A DNA stretch of 64,000 bases, from the sequence record OL960580, one strand, 5' to 3'. Positions 9,700 through 18,629 of this stretch are shown here, in pieces. Position numbers and translations under genes: made by a program. Below the pieces are notes generated by a model that did no database searches, was not told where the DNA came from, and worked only from the letters and a program-made list of their open reading frames with translations. The DNA comes from Escherichia phage vB_EcoM_SA21RB. Numbering within the stretch: position 1 is the first letter of the stretch; the number at the start of each line of letters is the position of its first letter.

Positions 9700-11019
9700 T
9701 CACACATAAAACACATCATAACGACCACGAGTGACACCAACATAAAGAAGCTGCTGAGCCAATTCAGCATCTGCATAATGAATACAAGGCGTATAGATGA
9801 AAGCACGGTCTACAGACATGCCCTGAGCTTTGTGGAATGTTGATGCAGGAAGTGCTTTCACTTTACTAAACTGCGATTTAGCATCCCAAAAATCACTCCA
9901 CGGAGCTTTTCCACCTTTATTCCAATTTTTATAAGTTTCTGCCGTTTTACCTAAAAATAAGTTAAACTTATACAGCTCTTCATCAGATGAAATTATTTTA
10001 ATCTTTTCACGATAATATTCATCATCGCCGTAAGTTTCTACTGTTAAATCCCAATGACGAATTAGATATTCTCCAGAAACACCACGAGCTTTAACAAACG
10101 TCGATGTATACTCTGCTTCTATAATACGAACTAATTGTCCGTTATTAAAAATAATTTCTGACACAGGCTTTCCATCAATTTTATATGTTTTAATTAATGG
10201 TTCCTGCATTACAATAATTTCACCAACGATAAAATCTTTATCAGTTTCAAAAATCTTTTTGCGAATAATGCTATTTAACTTATCAACAGATTTATTCGTA
10301 AATGCCATTACGCGATTTTCAAACAAATCATCTAGTGATTTTACGATTGAAAAATAATTTACCATAAAATCGCGTAAAGCGGTATCACCAGTAAATCCAC
10401 GTACTCCATGCCCGTCAACAACTTTATCATAAATCCACTTACCGTTACGAACATCAGTAGCTACATCAATAATAGGAGCATTACTGCGTTTAACTTCAGT
10501 GAGTTCACACTGATAAAAATCTTTATGCGTAAAGAATGGACTGATATAAGCAGTGTTTTCTCCTGGGTCAACAGGTCTAATTTGCTTATTATCGCCTATT
10601 CCAATTATAGTACACCACGGCGGGATAGTTGAAAGCAGAATTTTGAATAGCTTTCTATCATACATTGACACTTCGTCGCAGATTAATACCCTGCATTTAG
10701 CTAAATCCGGTACTTCTTTTTGTTCAAAAAGAACGTTTTCTTCATATGTTACTGGGTTAATTTTAAGAATACTGTGAATAGTACTCGCTTCTTTCCCTGA
10801 CAGTTTTGAAAGAATCTTTTTAGCTGCATGAGTAGGAGCTGCTAAAATAATGCCAGTTTCGCCCGTAGATATTAAGGCTTCAATGATGAACTTAGTAAGA
10901 GTAGTCTTACCAGTACCAGCAGGTCCATTAATAGTTACATGATGTTTCTTTTCTTTAATAGCCCTCATAACGATGTTAAAGGCATTTTTCTGGCCTTCTG
11001 TTAAATCATCAAATGTCAT
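9700..11019 (-). CDS. dda: Dda DNA helicase (SF1)
   Basis: 439 aa; MTFDDLTEGQKNAF..., Walker A GPAGTGKTT; length matches T4 Dda. Confidence 0.95.
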   Translation of the reverse strand: MTFDDLTEGQKNAFNIVMRAIKEKKHHVTINGPAGTGKTTLTKFIIEALISTGETGIILAAPTHAAKKILSKLSGKEASTIHSILKINPVTYEENVLFEQKEVPDLAKCRVLICDEVSMYDRKLFKILLSTIPPWCTIIGIGDNKQIRPVDPGENTAYISPFFTHKDFYQCELTEVKRSNAPIIDVATDVRNGKWIYDKVVDGHGVRGFTGDTALRDFMVNYFSIVKSLDDLFENRVMAFTNKSVDKLNSIIRKKIFETDKDFIVGEIIVMQEPLIKTYKIDGKPVSEIIFNNGQLVRIIEAEYTSTFVKARGVSGEYLIRHWDLTVETYGDDEYYREKIKIISSDEELYKFNLFLGKTAETYKNWNKGGKAPWSDFWDAKSQFSKVKALPASTFHKAQGMSVDRAFIYTPCIHYADAELAQQLLYVGVTRGRYDVFYV

Positions 11020-11327
11020 CGTAAATTCCCTGCAATTGGTATACTAACAATACGCCCAGTATCTAAAATTCGCCGATATAATCTTTGTGTGTCTACATCA
11101 GGCTTAACGTGTTTAACTTCTATTTTATTAAACCAAAACTTGCGTGGAGTCTCAACTAATCTCGGAATTCCCATACCTAAAGCTAGCCGATACTGCTCTT
11201 TAAGCGTGGTAAATACTTTATCAGCAATCTCCCTTTCAAAAAATACAGCAGGGCGATGTTCATCAAGAGGAACAGGCACCGCAAATCCATCTTTATCTCT
11301 ATACACTATCGCATATACATAAAACAT
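11016..11327 (-). CDS. hypothetical protein (position of T4 dda.1)
   Basis: 103 aa; ATG with GAGGA SD; stop overlaps the dda start. Confidence 0.55.
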   Translation of the reverse strand: MFYVYAIVYRDKDGFAVPVPLDEHRPAVFFEREIADKVFTTLKEQYRLALGMGIPRLVETPRKFWFNKIEVKHVKPDVDTQRLYRRILDTGRIVSIPIAGNLR

Positions 11328-11328
11328 A

Positions 11329-12075
11329 TTATCCTCGGATAAGTTTAAAAATTGAACAATTTAGCGGGTATCCTCTTTTCAGTTTAAGTTTATCAATAAA
11401 AGACAAGTTTTGATACCGCTCTACACCTTGAATAATTTTATCACACATATCATATTGCATTTCTGCTTCTGACAACTTTTTCACAGTTTTCCAATCAGAG
11501 CCTTTAAGAAGAACGTTCAATTTAACAACTTCAGTGCCTTCTGCTATACGAGAACCATCAATACGAGCTTTGAGTGCTACAATCGTTAGCTTAATATCAG
11601 AGGTTTGTTTTGATTTAGAAAGCTGAGAAATGTGTTCAATTCGGTTTTCACGTTTTTTCTGTATAGCTTTAATTTGATTATAAGTCTTTTTGATTTTAGC
11701 CCATTTCTTTTCATCTAAATTTAGTTTATGAACTTTTTTCGCAGATGAACGACCAATTCGCAAAGCAAATAAATCACGCTTTTCAATCAACTCTTCTAAA
11801 GTATAATCAGAACGAAATGTATTATACTTTTTCTTTACTGCAATAACATTCCCTTTAATGTATCCAACGTTATTATCAAAACGTTCTAATGATAATTTCT
11901 CTCCTTCAATACGATTATCAAAAGGTTCTCCAGAGTAAGCGCAAACTTTCTGATCTAAAATGTTCTTAATGTAATTGAAGTCTAAGTTAAAATCTTTAGA
12001 ACGTCTTTTAGCAGATGCCTGAGTATGCTCTAGACGACGTGTAATTTTACGAATTTGATTTTTAGACAGTTTCAT
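11329..12075 (-). CDS. hypothetical protein at the T4 srd position, with a degenerate His-Me-finger-like segment
   Basis: 248 aa, ATG start; segment CAYSGEPF...LSLERFDNNVGYIKGNVIAV; identity as Srd is positional only. Confidence 0.5.
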   Translation of the reverse strand: MKLSKNQIRKITRRLEHTQASAKRRSKDFNLDFNYIKNILDQKVCAYSGEPFDNRIEGEKLSLERFDNNVGYIKGNVIAVKKKYNTFRSDYTLEELIEKRDLFALRIGRSSAKKVHKLNLDEKKWAKIKKTYNQIKAIQKKRENRIEHISQLSKSKQTSDIKLTIVALKARIDGSRIAEGTEVVKLNVLLKGSDWKTVKKLSEAEMQYDMCDKIIQGVERYQNLSFIDKLKLKRGYPLNCSIFKLIRG

Positions 12076-12104
12076 ATTTTTCTCACGGACGGTTAACTAC
12101 TTAT

Positions 12105-12134
12105 ACTATAACATTTTTACTTCAGCTTGTAAAC
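12105..12134 (-). promoter_or_regulatory. T4-type early promoter
   Basis: minus strand AT-rich upstream, GTTTAC, 18 nt, TATAGT; about 25 nt upstream of the 12075 start. Confidence 0.5.
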
Positions 12135-12190
12135 AACTTTATGAAAAATGCTTTAAAACTTTCATGGTATAATGAATCTAAGTCCTTCCA

Positions 12191-12793
12191 TTATAGATTA
12201 AATCCTTCAAAGTCAAGAGTATAGATAGTGTATGTTGAATACTTTTTATACTCGTATCTATCCGCAATTTTAAATACACTTCCAGCCGGTATCATTACTT
12301 CTTGTTCATCTGAAACTAATTCCATATTACGATAGCGATGGCTATCTGAAAACTTAAAACTCGGACTATATTCTTTACAACGTAGAGCTTTTATAGCATA
12401 CTCCTGGAAATTAAACACCATAGGAGCTTTGAATTCAAAAATAACTTGTGTGTTGTATTCTAATCCAGAAGCAAAATGTAGAGCTATATTTTTATCATAT
12501 GAAGCTGATACTACTTTATCAAATGTAATAATATCAATTCCTTGATTTAATACCTGTTTAGTTTCAACTGGAACACCTCTCCAAAGAGGTTTATCGTTTG
12601 AAACCAAACGAGATTTGATTATTTCATTTAACCAAGAATGATCGTCTGGCTTATTAGTAATACAATGAATTAAAAGTTCAATTTCGGATAAATTAAATCC
12701 TTCGGAAAGTAATTCTTCACGAATAGAAGCACGCACCGATGCATCCATTGATTTGATTTTAAAATCTTTTAATTGCATTGCTGAATATTTCAT
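12191..12793 (-). CDS. modA: ADP-ribosyltransferase ModA
   Basis: 200 aa; R (LWRG), S-x-S and QEVMIP elements typical of ARTs; length and position match T4 ModA; modA versus modB assignment rests on length. Confidence 0.7.
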   Translation of the reverse strand: MKYSAMQLKDFKIKSMDASVRASIREELLSEGFNLSEIELLIHCITNKPDDHSWLNEIIKSRLVSNDKPLWRGVPVETKQVLNQGIDIITFDKVVSASYDKNIALHFASGLEYNTQVIFEFKAPMVFNFQEYAIKALRCKEYSPSFKFSDSHRYRNMELVSDEQEVMIPAGSVFKIADRYEYKKYSTYTIYTLDFEGFNL

Positions 12794-13413
12794 TCAACTA
12801 CCTCAATATCATACACTTTAAATGTTCCAAATGAATCGTGCAATTTTTCTTTTGAAATAGAAGTTATTTTATACTTTCCAATTGGAATCATCCATTCTTG
12901 TTCACGTACAATCATCATTAAGTTATCAGTACGTTCTGAATCTAATCCATCAGTATCTTCATATGTATACTTAAACTCAGTATTAGGAGAAGAAAGTATA
13001 ATATCGCTGATATGGTCAGAGTAATTAAAAGCTTTATCAGTTTTTAAGCGAAATATTATTTCAGTGAAATACTCAACATAAGAAAAACCGCATGCTGTGT
13101 GCAAACTAGTAGTAAATGAATCTACTCTGTTCGTTGAAAACACTTCTCCAACTTGTAAATCTTTAATGAGTTCTTTTGTCGATTTTGATATACCACGATA
13201 TAGCTGATAAGGCGATTTAGTTAAATGCTTTTTAACGATTTTATTCAACTGCTGATGAAGGGCTTCATTCTTTTTGGCTTCCATACATTGCCAAAGAACT
13301 GACTGTTCAAAGTCCGTAAATTTTTCACAGACCTTTTTATACATATCATATTGAAAATCGACACTTTCAGCTTTTATAGATAACTGTTCAACATCTGCAA
13401 GATTAATAATCAT
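12790..13413 (-). CDS. modB: ADP-ribosyltransferase ModB
   Basis: 207 aa paralogue of the previous gene (YRG...STN...QEWMIP); stop overlaps the modA start. Confidence 0.7.
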   Translation of the reverse strand: MIINLADVEQLSIKAESVDFQYDMYKKVCEKFTDFEQSVLWQCMEAKKNEALHQQLNKIVKKHLTKSPYQLYRGISKSTKELIKDLQVGEVFSTNRVDSFTTSLHTACGFSYVEYFTEIIFRLKTDKAFNYSDHISDIILSSPNTEFKYTYEDTDGLDSERTDNLMMIVREQEWMIPIGKYKITSISKEKLHDSFGTFKVYDIEVVE

Positions 13414-13439
13414 GATAGCCTCCGTATACTTCAGAAGCT

Positions 13440-13469
13440 ATCATATCATTGTTAGGAAGGAAAGTAAAC
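13440..13469 (-). promoter_or_regulatory. T4-type early promoter
   Basis: minus strand GTTTAC, 18 nt, TATGAT directly upstream of the modB SD and ATG. Confidence 0.5.
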
Positions 13470-13480
13470 AACTTTTTGAA

Positions 13481-13663
13481 TTATTTTGCCCAGGGAGCCC
13501 AGGGCGGAGGGTCAAGATGGTATGAAGCTAGTTCTTCTAGAAGAGCATCTGGGGCTTCAATTCCATAATTCTGTAATACTATACGGTACTCTTTCTTATA
13601 ATCACTAGAATCATTCTGGATATTCGTAGAATGATTATCTTCTAACATCTCAAATAAATCCAT
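13481..13663 (-). CDS. small hypothetical protein
   Basis: 60 aa, ATG start. Confidence 0.45.
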   Translation of the reverse strand: MDLFEMLEDNHSTNIQNDSSDYKKEYRIVLQNYGIEAPDALLEELASYHLDPPPWAPWAK

Positions 13664-13671
13664 ATTAATTC

Positions 13672-14142
13672 CTAGCGATAAAAACCAAATTTACGATTAG
13701 TTTCAATAATCTTTCTTTCTTCTTCGGACATTCTCCAACGTAGTCCAACATCAAAATGAGCCCAGACCATCTTAACAAATGCATTTATATCTTTAATATC
13801 TTCAATAATGAATGTTTTACTTTTAGAAGGTTGACTAGCTAATTTAACTTTATCGTCTTCAAACAGGTCAAAAAGACCATATTCATGAGCTCTTTTATAG
13901 CCTTTAATAGTTAAAGCTTCAGAAGAAGAAAACGGTGAATCAGTATTCTGCAAAATATCTTCAGTATGCTTTATAATTAGAATAACATTTTCTGGATATT
14001 TTCTTTCTTTTATATCTTTAATTAAAATATCCGGATTTTCTGCTAAAGGAATAATTAATGAGCACTCTTTATCAAGTGTATTTACTGATTTACCTTCTTT
14101 AGACATAAATTCTATTGAATAATGTTTTGCTACTTCAATCAT
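13672..14142 (-). CDS. hypothetical protein
   Basis: 156 aa; ATG overlaps the upstream stop (ATGATTGA). Confidence 0.55.
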   Translation of the reverse strand: MIEVAKHYSIEFMSKEGKSVNTLDKECSLIIPLAENPDILIKDIKERKYPENVILIIKHTEDILQNTDSPFSSSEALTIKGYKRAHEYGLFDLFEDDKVKLASQPSKSKTFIIEDIKDINAFVKMVWAHFDVGLRWRMSEEERKIIETNRKFGFYR

Positions 14143-14299
14143 GTGATTTCCTCTTGCCTACTAATGGGCCGTCAGGAATTTTGTTTTCCTGGATATATTT
14201 CTCATTTTCTTCCATCATTTTACTGCCAATTTTAAGAAGCAAATCCATTGCTTCATTTGCTTTAGCTTTAGCCTCTTCTAGCGTCATATCTCTGTTCAT
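14135..14299 (-). CDS. small hypothetical protein
   Basis: 54-aa ORF below the track cut-off, [21 protein letters not shown]...; start and stop both overlap neighbours. Confidence 0.4.
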   Translation of the reverse strand: MNRDMTLEEAKAKANEAMDLLLKIGSKMMEENEKYIQENKIPDGPLVGKRKSHD

Positions 14300-14499
14300 G
14301 ATTTATCCCCATAGATGTCTCTCATCAATTTAAGCGCTGAGCGTTCTAATTTCTTTTCTTTCTCAGCACTAATCATTGATTTCATCCATTCTTCTGATTC
14401 GTTCTGCATTTCTTTATTTGCTTGTTCAACCCAACCATCATCAATGTACATTGAGTTTGGTCTACTGAACCATTCAAGCATTTTCTTCAGAACTTTCAT
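14296..14499 (-). CDS. small hypothetical protein
   Basis: 67 aa, ATG start. Confidence 0.5.
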   Translation of the reverse strand: MKVLKKMLEWFSRPNSMYIDDGWVEQANKEMQNESEEWMKSMISAEKEKKLERSALKLMRDIYGDKS

Positions 14500-14959
14500 T
14501 TGTTTTACCTAAAACAACAGTAGGAGCATCATCAAATTCATGAATTTTTAGCAAATTTGGATGTAAACTATTCCATACAGAAGAAATAAAGTATGATAAA
14601 GCATCTTCACTCACAATTATAAATTTATTTCCTTTATCTATTTTCCAGCTATATACTGAATCATACGAATAGAAAGATAAAGGTTTACCATTATATTGTT
14701 CTGCGCTAACATTAATGTATTCGGATTTAGTAAATGCTTGAATTGCCATAAATGGAGAATTTTGTACAGTTTCAATAATTCCGATCTTTTTAAGTTTTAT
14801 TTCAACATCTTCTGGAACTGGCATTGAAATAAAATCTTCTACTAGATACATGTCATTGTCATATCTTTTATCAATCATTACTGCTACTGTAATTGGAACA
14901 TCCTTGACAAACGCCATATTAATACTATTGATAGACATTTCAAACAAAATCGCTTCCAT
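14474..14959 (-). CDS. hypothetical protein
   Basis: ORF track start is TTG 14971; ATG at 14959 with GAGGAAAA SD gives 161 aa. Confidence 0.55.
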   Translation of the reverse strand: MEAILFEMSINSINMAFVKDVPITVAVMIDKRYDNDMYLVEDFISMPVPEDVEIKLKKIGIIETVQNSPFMAIQAFTKSEYINVSAEQYNGKPLSFYSYDSVYSWKIDKGNKFIIVSEDALSYFISSVWNSLHPNLLKIHEFDDAPTVVLGKTNESSEENA

Positions 14960-14967
14960 AATTTTCC

Positions 14968-15309
14968 TCAATCACAAGATGTAGATGAACAACTAGAATC
15001 ACAAGAACTTCCACATGAATCGCCCGTCCATACATGAACAGGAACATTAGTATCATATGAATCAGAACTAGACTGTGTATTCTGTGCATTAGATGATGTA
15101 GTAGGTACTGACCAGCGCCAAGGATTTTTATAATATTCTTGGGCTTCTTCATAAGTCATAGTAACTGCTTCTACTGTTCCATCTCCCATATAAACATATT
15201 CAACTACAGTTAAAGGAAGGTAGTCATTTGAAATAGGAACTACACCTTCTCCCGGAGTTGTAGAGAAAAAATCTGTAAAGAAATTTTTAAACCAATTAAA
15301 GATAAACAT
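14968..15309 (-). CDS. hypothetical protein with Cys/Ser-rich C-terminus
   Basis: 113 aa; C-terminal [15 protein letters not shown]. Confidence 0.5.
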   Translation of the reverse strand: MFIFNWFKNFFTDFFSTTPGEGVVPISNDYLPLTVVEYVYMGDGTVEAVTMTYEEAQEYYKNPWRWSVPTTSSNAQNTQSSSDSYDTNVPVHVWTGDSCGSSCDSSCSSTSCD

Positions 15310-15515
15310 TACAAAAAGCCTCTTTTGAATTCGACTTGCTTATCGCCATAATCATATCGAATCTCTGCATTAAATTCGACAGAACCATCTGCGTACATCA
15401 TAAATGAATGCACAACAACTTCTGTAGACCATGGTTGCAATTCATATTTCTTCATTACATGCCGTGAAATGATAATATCTAAATCTTCATTTGGTTTAAT
15501 CCAACGATTTAACAT
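15309..15515 (-). CDS. small hypothetical protein
   Basis: 68 aa; ATG with AGAGGAG SD. Confidence 0.5.
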   Translation of the reverse strand: MLNRWIKPNEDLDIIISRHVMKKYELQPWSTEVVVHSFMMYADGSVEFNAEIRYDYGDKQVEFKRGFL

Positions 15516-15541
15516 AGTGCTCTCCTCTATAAGATAATTCT

Positions 15542-15571
15542 ATTATACCATACTCATTTTGATATGTAAAC
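15542..15571 (-). promoter_or_regulatory. T4-type early promoter
   Basis: minus strand GTTTAC, 18 nt, TATAAT; lies just downstream (in transcription sense) of the soc terminator. Confidence 0.5.
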
Positions 15572-15580
15572 CATTTAAAT

Positions 15581-15604
15581 GAAAAAGGACTCCCGAAGGA
15601 GTCC
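15581..15604 (-). terminator. intrinsic terminator after soc
   Basis: minus RNA GGACUCC-UUCG-GGAGUCC followed by UUUUU. Confidence 0.65.
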
Positions 15605-15613
15605 TTAAATTAT

Positions 15614-15871
15614 TTAACCACCTACACCTGGTGTAGGTGTAACAGTCCAAAGACCTTCATTAGCAGTAATCCATTCAGTACGCTGATTTTCTTCATATAC
15701 TGTAGAATATGCTGCTTTTTCTGAAGGGAACGTCTGGTAATGAGCACCAGAAATTTTGTGAACATCAGAATAAAGAGGGAAAGCTACAGAAATTTCTTTA
15801 CCCTGAATTGTACCACCATCAACTGCTTGGTCAAATGTTTTAATATTAACATAACCGCGAGTACTAGCCAT
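15614..15871 (-). CDS. soc: small outer capsid protein
   Basis: 85 aa; MASTRGYVNIKTF...ISVAFPLYSDVHKISGAHYQTFPSEKAAYSTVYEENQRTEWI matches my memory of T4 Soc; AAGGAG SD. Confidence 0.9.
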   Translation of the reverse strand: MASTRGYVNIKTFDQAVDGGTIQGKEISVAFPLYSDVHKISGAHYQTFPSEKAAYSTVYEENQRTEWITANEGLWTVTPTPGVGG

Positions 15872-15887
15872 GTAATTCTCCTTTTAT

Positions 15888-16097
15888 TTAAATTACATGA
15901 CTATTTATAATAAATTCTCGCGGAACGTTAAAATACCCAATTTTAGTTAATATAACAACATCACCGTTAATAATTACCGGAGAATAATCTTCTGGAGCAT
16001 TAAATTTCCAATGGGCTCTAATATTATATCCATCAGAACCAAATGCTCGAGTAGCCGGTCTCCCGGCTTTTTGCCACGCGTAGAAATCAAATTTCAT
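15888..16097 (-). CDS. small hypothetical protein
   Basis: 69 aa, ATG start, between soc and gene 56. Confidence 0.45.
   Translation of the reverse strand: MKFDFYAWQKAGRPATRAFGSDGYNIRAHWKFNAPEDYSPVIINGDVVILTKIGYFNVPREFIINSHVI
15902..15909 (-). promoter_or_regulatory. T4 late promoter for soc
   Basis: minus strand reads exactly TATAAATA about 30 nt upstream of the soc ATG. Confidence 0.55.
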
Positions 16098-16288
16098 TTT
16101 GAATGATCTATAATTAATTTTAAAGCTTCTTCACTGACAAAAATTTCGTCAGGACCTTCTATAACTTCAACCATACGAAGTTGATTAGTTAAGAGCTCAC
16201 ACACGAGCTCTTTGTTATAATCTTTAAATAGCTGGTCAATACGTTTCTTATGGGCTTTCTTAAGCTGACGCTTATTTAAACGAGCCAT
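16094..16288 (-). CDS. small hypothetical protein
   Basis: 64 aa, ATG start; overlaps neighbours by a few nt. Confidence 0.45.
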   Translation of the reverse strand: MARLNKRQLKKAHKKRIDQLFKDYNKELVCELLTNQLRMVEVIEGPDEIFVSEEALKLIIDHSK

Positions 16289-16806
16289 TAATAACCTCGG
16301 TCTTGACGAGCGAAGTTTTCAGCATTTTTCAGATAATAAAGTTTAAAGATTTCTTCTGCTGTAAGACCAAGACCTTGGAACATGTTCAGAACGAAATGGA
16401 GAATATCAATCATTTCAAACTTAATTTCTAACTGGTCTTGTGGAGACAAATCAGTAATCAGAGTTTCACGACGTTCACCATGCTGCGACTTCCAAGGTTT
16501 CCATACAGCAGATGCATCTTTTTCACCATTACTCATACCACCAAGAGAAGTCAGAAGTTCACGGAATTCATCGTCAATATAATCTTTCTGATTACGCAAC
16601 CAATCAACAACTTCACCTGCAGTAGCCAAATCATCAGGATGACGGTTATATTCAGGTTTATCTTTAGCTAAACGAATCTGCAGAGATTTCTGCATGTCAA
16701 GCATTACCTGCAGCGGGTCTTTTTCATCACCGAGAATATCCCAATATTCATTTTGAGCTTTATCAGCGCCTTCAATCAGTTGTGAACATTCATTAAAATA
16801 TGCCAT
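16288..16806 (-). CDS. 56: dCTP pyrophosphatase (MazG-like)
   Basis: ORF track extends to 16899; ATG at 16806 with AAGGA SD gives 172 aa MAYFNECSQ...; position between soc and 61. Confidence 0.8.
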   Translation of the reverse strand: MAYFNECSQLIEGADKAQNEYWDILGDEKDPLQVMLDMQKSLQIRLAKDKPEYNRHPDDLATAGEVVDWLRNQKDYIDDEFRELLTSLGGMSNGEKDASAVWKPWKSQHGERRETLITDLSPQDQLEIKFEMIDILHFVLNMFQGLGLTAEEIFKLYYLKNAENFARQDRGY

Positions 16807-16877
16807 TATTTTTCCTTTCAATTCATGGGTTAGTAGATTAATTATACAATAAATATATAAAGCAATAAGGAGGACAT

Positions 16878-17078
16878 ATGGTACAAAAATTAATGGCACT
16901 TGTTGATGCCATAAAAGGTAATAAAAAACGTATAGCTTTTACTATTTCTGCTATGGTAGGAATTTTACTCTGGAACTTTATTTTATCACCCATTGCAATT
17001 GCACATGGTATTAATATTCCAGTAGTTACTCTTGATACATTCGTAGATTTAGCATTTGCTTTAGTTGGGTTAATTTAA
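16878..17078 (+). CDS. plus-strand small hydrophobic membrane protein
   Basis: 66 aa; perfect SD AAGGAGG 5 nt before the ATG; fills the 56-61 gap exactly; two hydrophobic segments. Confidence 0.45.
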   Translation: MVQKLMALVDAIKGNKKRIAFTISAMVGILLWNFILSPIAIAHGINIPVVTLDTFVDLAFALVGLI

Positions 17079-18103
17079 ATCTTAGCATATTTAGATAACC
17101 GCATTTTAGCCATCAACCCCTGTGCAATATTATTTTTCATATATTCCATAATTTGTTCAGGGGTTGCACCTTCCTTTCTAATCATATCATTAACATCTTT
17201 TGATTTCCATGGAGATTTATCCCAAAACATAACTCTTTCTCCTGCATCAACTAATTTAGTCATTCGCTTGATAGTGTCAGGATGACGAGGTTCATTATCT
17301 AAAACCCACGCTCGTCTATCTTTAAATGGAACAACTTCTAGGTCTAATTGACCACCCGTAATAGCTATACCATTTTCAATAAAAAGCGAATCTATAGGTC
17401 CTTCTAGAACATATACATCACCATCTTTAACTCGTTCGACTCCATATATTTTTGTTGCCTCAGGATAAGCTTTAATGGTGATATATTTTTGAGGAGCATC
17501 TTTCTTTAATGCACGTCCTTGAAAAGACTCAGCTTTTCCATTAGCATTATAAATTGGAATAACAAGACGAGGCTCAGGTATTTCCTTTTTATATGTTCCC
17601 GGTGCTATACTATTAACTAATTTAGGCCATTCGGTTGTAAACCAAAGATATTTCCATTTATCCTTTGGAATACAACGAGCTTTTACATATTTTATAATTG
17701 GATGGTCTTCCGCCAGTTTATCTAATCTAACACATGACGGAAGAGATTTAATTATTTTCTTCTCAGGTTGTTTAGGAAGTTCTTTAGGTTTTTCTACTGG
17801 ACGACTTTTACCTTTTTCTTTTCTTATTTCAAAGATATACTCACGATATAAATCGGGTTCAAACTCCTTTAAATATATTCCGATTGGTGCATGATAGTTA
17901 CAGTTATAACAATGAATATTTCCTTCATTATTATCACCATAATACCATCCACGAGCTTTATTTTGGTCGGTTTTTGAATCTCCACAAACCGGGCATCTAA
18001 ACCGCAATTTAAAAGTTGAACTATTATTTACTTGTGTGAATTTAGGTAAATGAGCTAATGCACGGTATGCAAACTCATTATCAATCCAAGGTATTGATGA
18101 CAT
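17075..18103 (-). CDS. 61: DNA primase
   Basis: 342 aa; Zn ribbon CPVCGDS...CYNC and TOPRIM-like core; length matches T4 gp61. Confidence 0.93.
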   Translation of the reverse strand: MSSIPWIDNEFAYRALAHLPKFTQVNNSSTFKLRFRCPVCGDSKTDQNKARGWYYGDNNEGNIHCYNCNYHAPIGIYLKEFEPDLYREYIFEIRKEKGKSRPVEKPKELPKQPEKKIIKSLPSCVRLDKLAEDHPIIKYVKARCIPKDKWKYLWFTTEWPKLVNSIAPGTYKKEIPEPRLVIPIYNANGKAESFQGRALKKDAPQKYITIKAYPEATKIYGVERVKDGDVYVLEGPIDSLFIENGIAITGGQLDLEVVPFKDRRAWVLDNEPRHPDTIKRMTKLVDAGERVMFWDKSPWKSKDVNDMIRKEGATPEQIMEYMKNNIAQGLMAKMRLSKYAKI

Positions 18104-18105
18104 TT

Positions 18106-18270
18106 TTACTCTTCTTTTTCTTTAGATTCCTCTTTTTTCTTTTTAGGAATCTGTTCAGGACCTTTATTTACTACAGCGCCTGACGTTGTTCCAGTAGAGA
18201 TATTTTCAGGATTACCACCTGAATCTCCAGCTACCATATCTTCTTTGATAAATTCTTTATATGTTTTCAT
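18106..18270 (-). CDS. small hypothetical protein with MKTYKEFI N-terminus
   Basis: 54-aa ORF below the track cut-off; TAA then ATG of gene 61 two nt later; lysine-rich C-terminus. Confidence 0.4.
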   Translation of the reverse strand: MKTYKEFIKEDMVAGDSGGNPENISTGTTSGAVVNKGPEQIPKKKKEESKEKEE

Positions 18271-18271
18271 A

Positions 18272-18628
18272 TTAACCTCTATTCATAAAAGCATTAAAAA
18301 TTTGGTCATCAATAGATGGTGCAGTAATATTTTCTGCATCATTTAGCAAATCATTAATTTCATCAGATAGCATAACACATGTACCTTTATTTCCTGTAAT
18401 TGTTACTGCGCAATTACGAACGTTTTCTTTATTAAATTTTAGGTTAATATTTTCGTAATGAAAATCCTTTAATGCTGAATATATTTTTAAAATAAAATTA
18501 TCTTTTACTACAATAAACCCAACCTCACTATTAAAACGTGGTTCATGGAAACTGTAATAAACCTTTTCATCTATAAAATCGTATGAAATTTTTTCCATTT
18601 TTAAATATGAAAATTCAGAACTATACAT
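18272..18628 (-). CDS. hypothetical protein (paralogue of 18630..19262)
   Basis: 118 aa; C-terminus SIDDQIFNAFMNRG shared with the next gene. Confidence 0.5.
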   Translation of the reverse strand: MYSSEFSYLKMEKISYDFIDEKVYYSFHEPRFNSEVGFIVVKDNFILKIYSALKDFHYENINLKFNKENVRNCAVTITGNKGTCVMLSDEINDLLNDAENITAPSIDDQIFNAFMNRG

Positions 18629-18629
18629 A

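Noticed and set aside
12148-12172. Plus-strand MotA-box-like TGCTTTA followed about 10 nt later by TGGTATAAT
   Set aside because: The TGCTTTA is part of the AT-rich upstream element of a minus-strand early promoter; chance MotA-box plus -10 matches are expected several times in 64 kb, and there is no plus-strand gene downstream.
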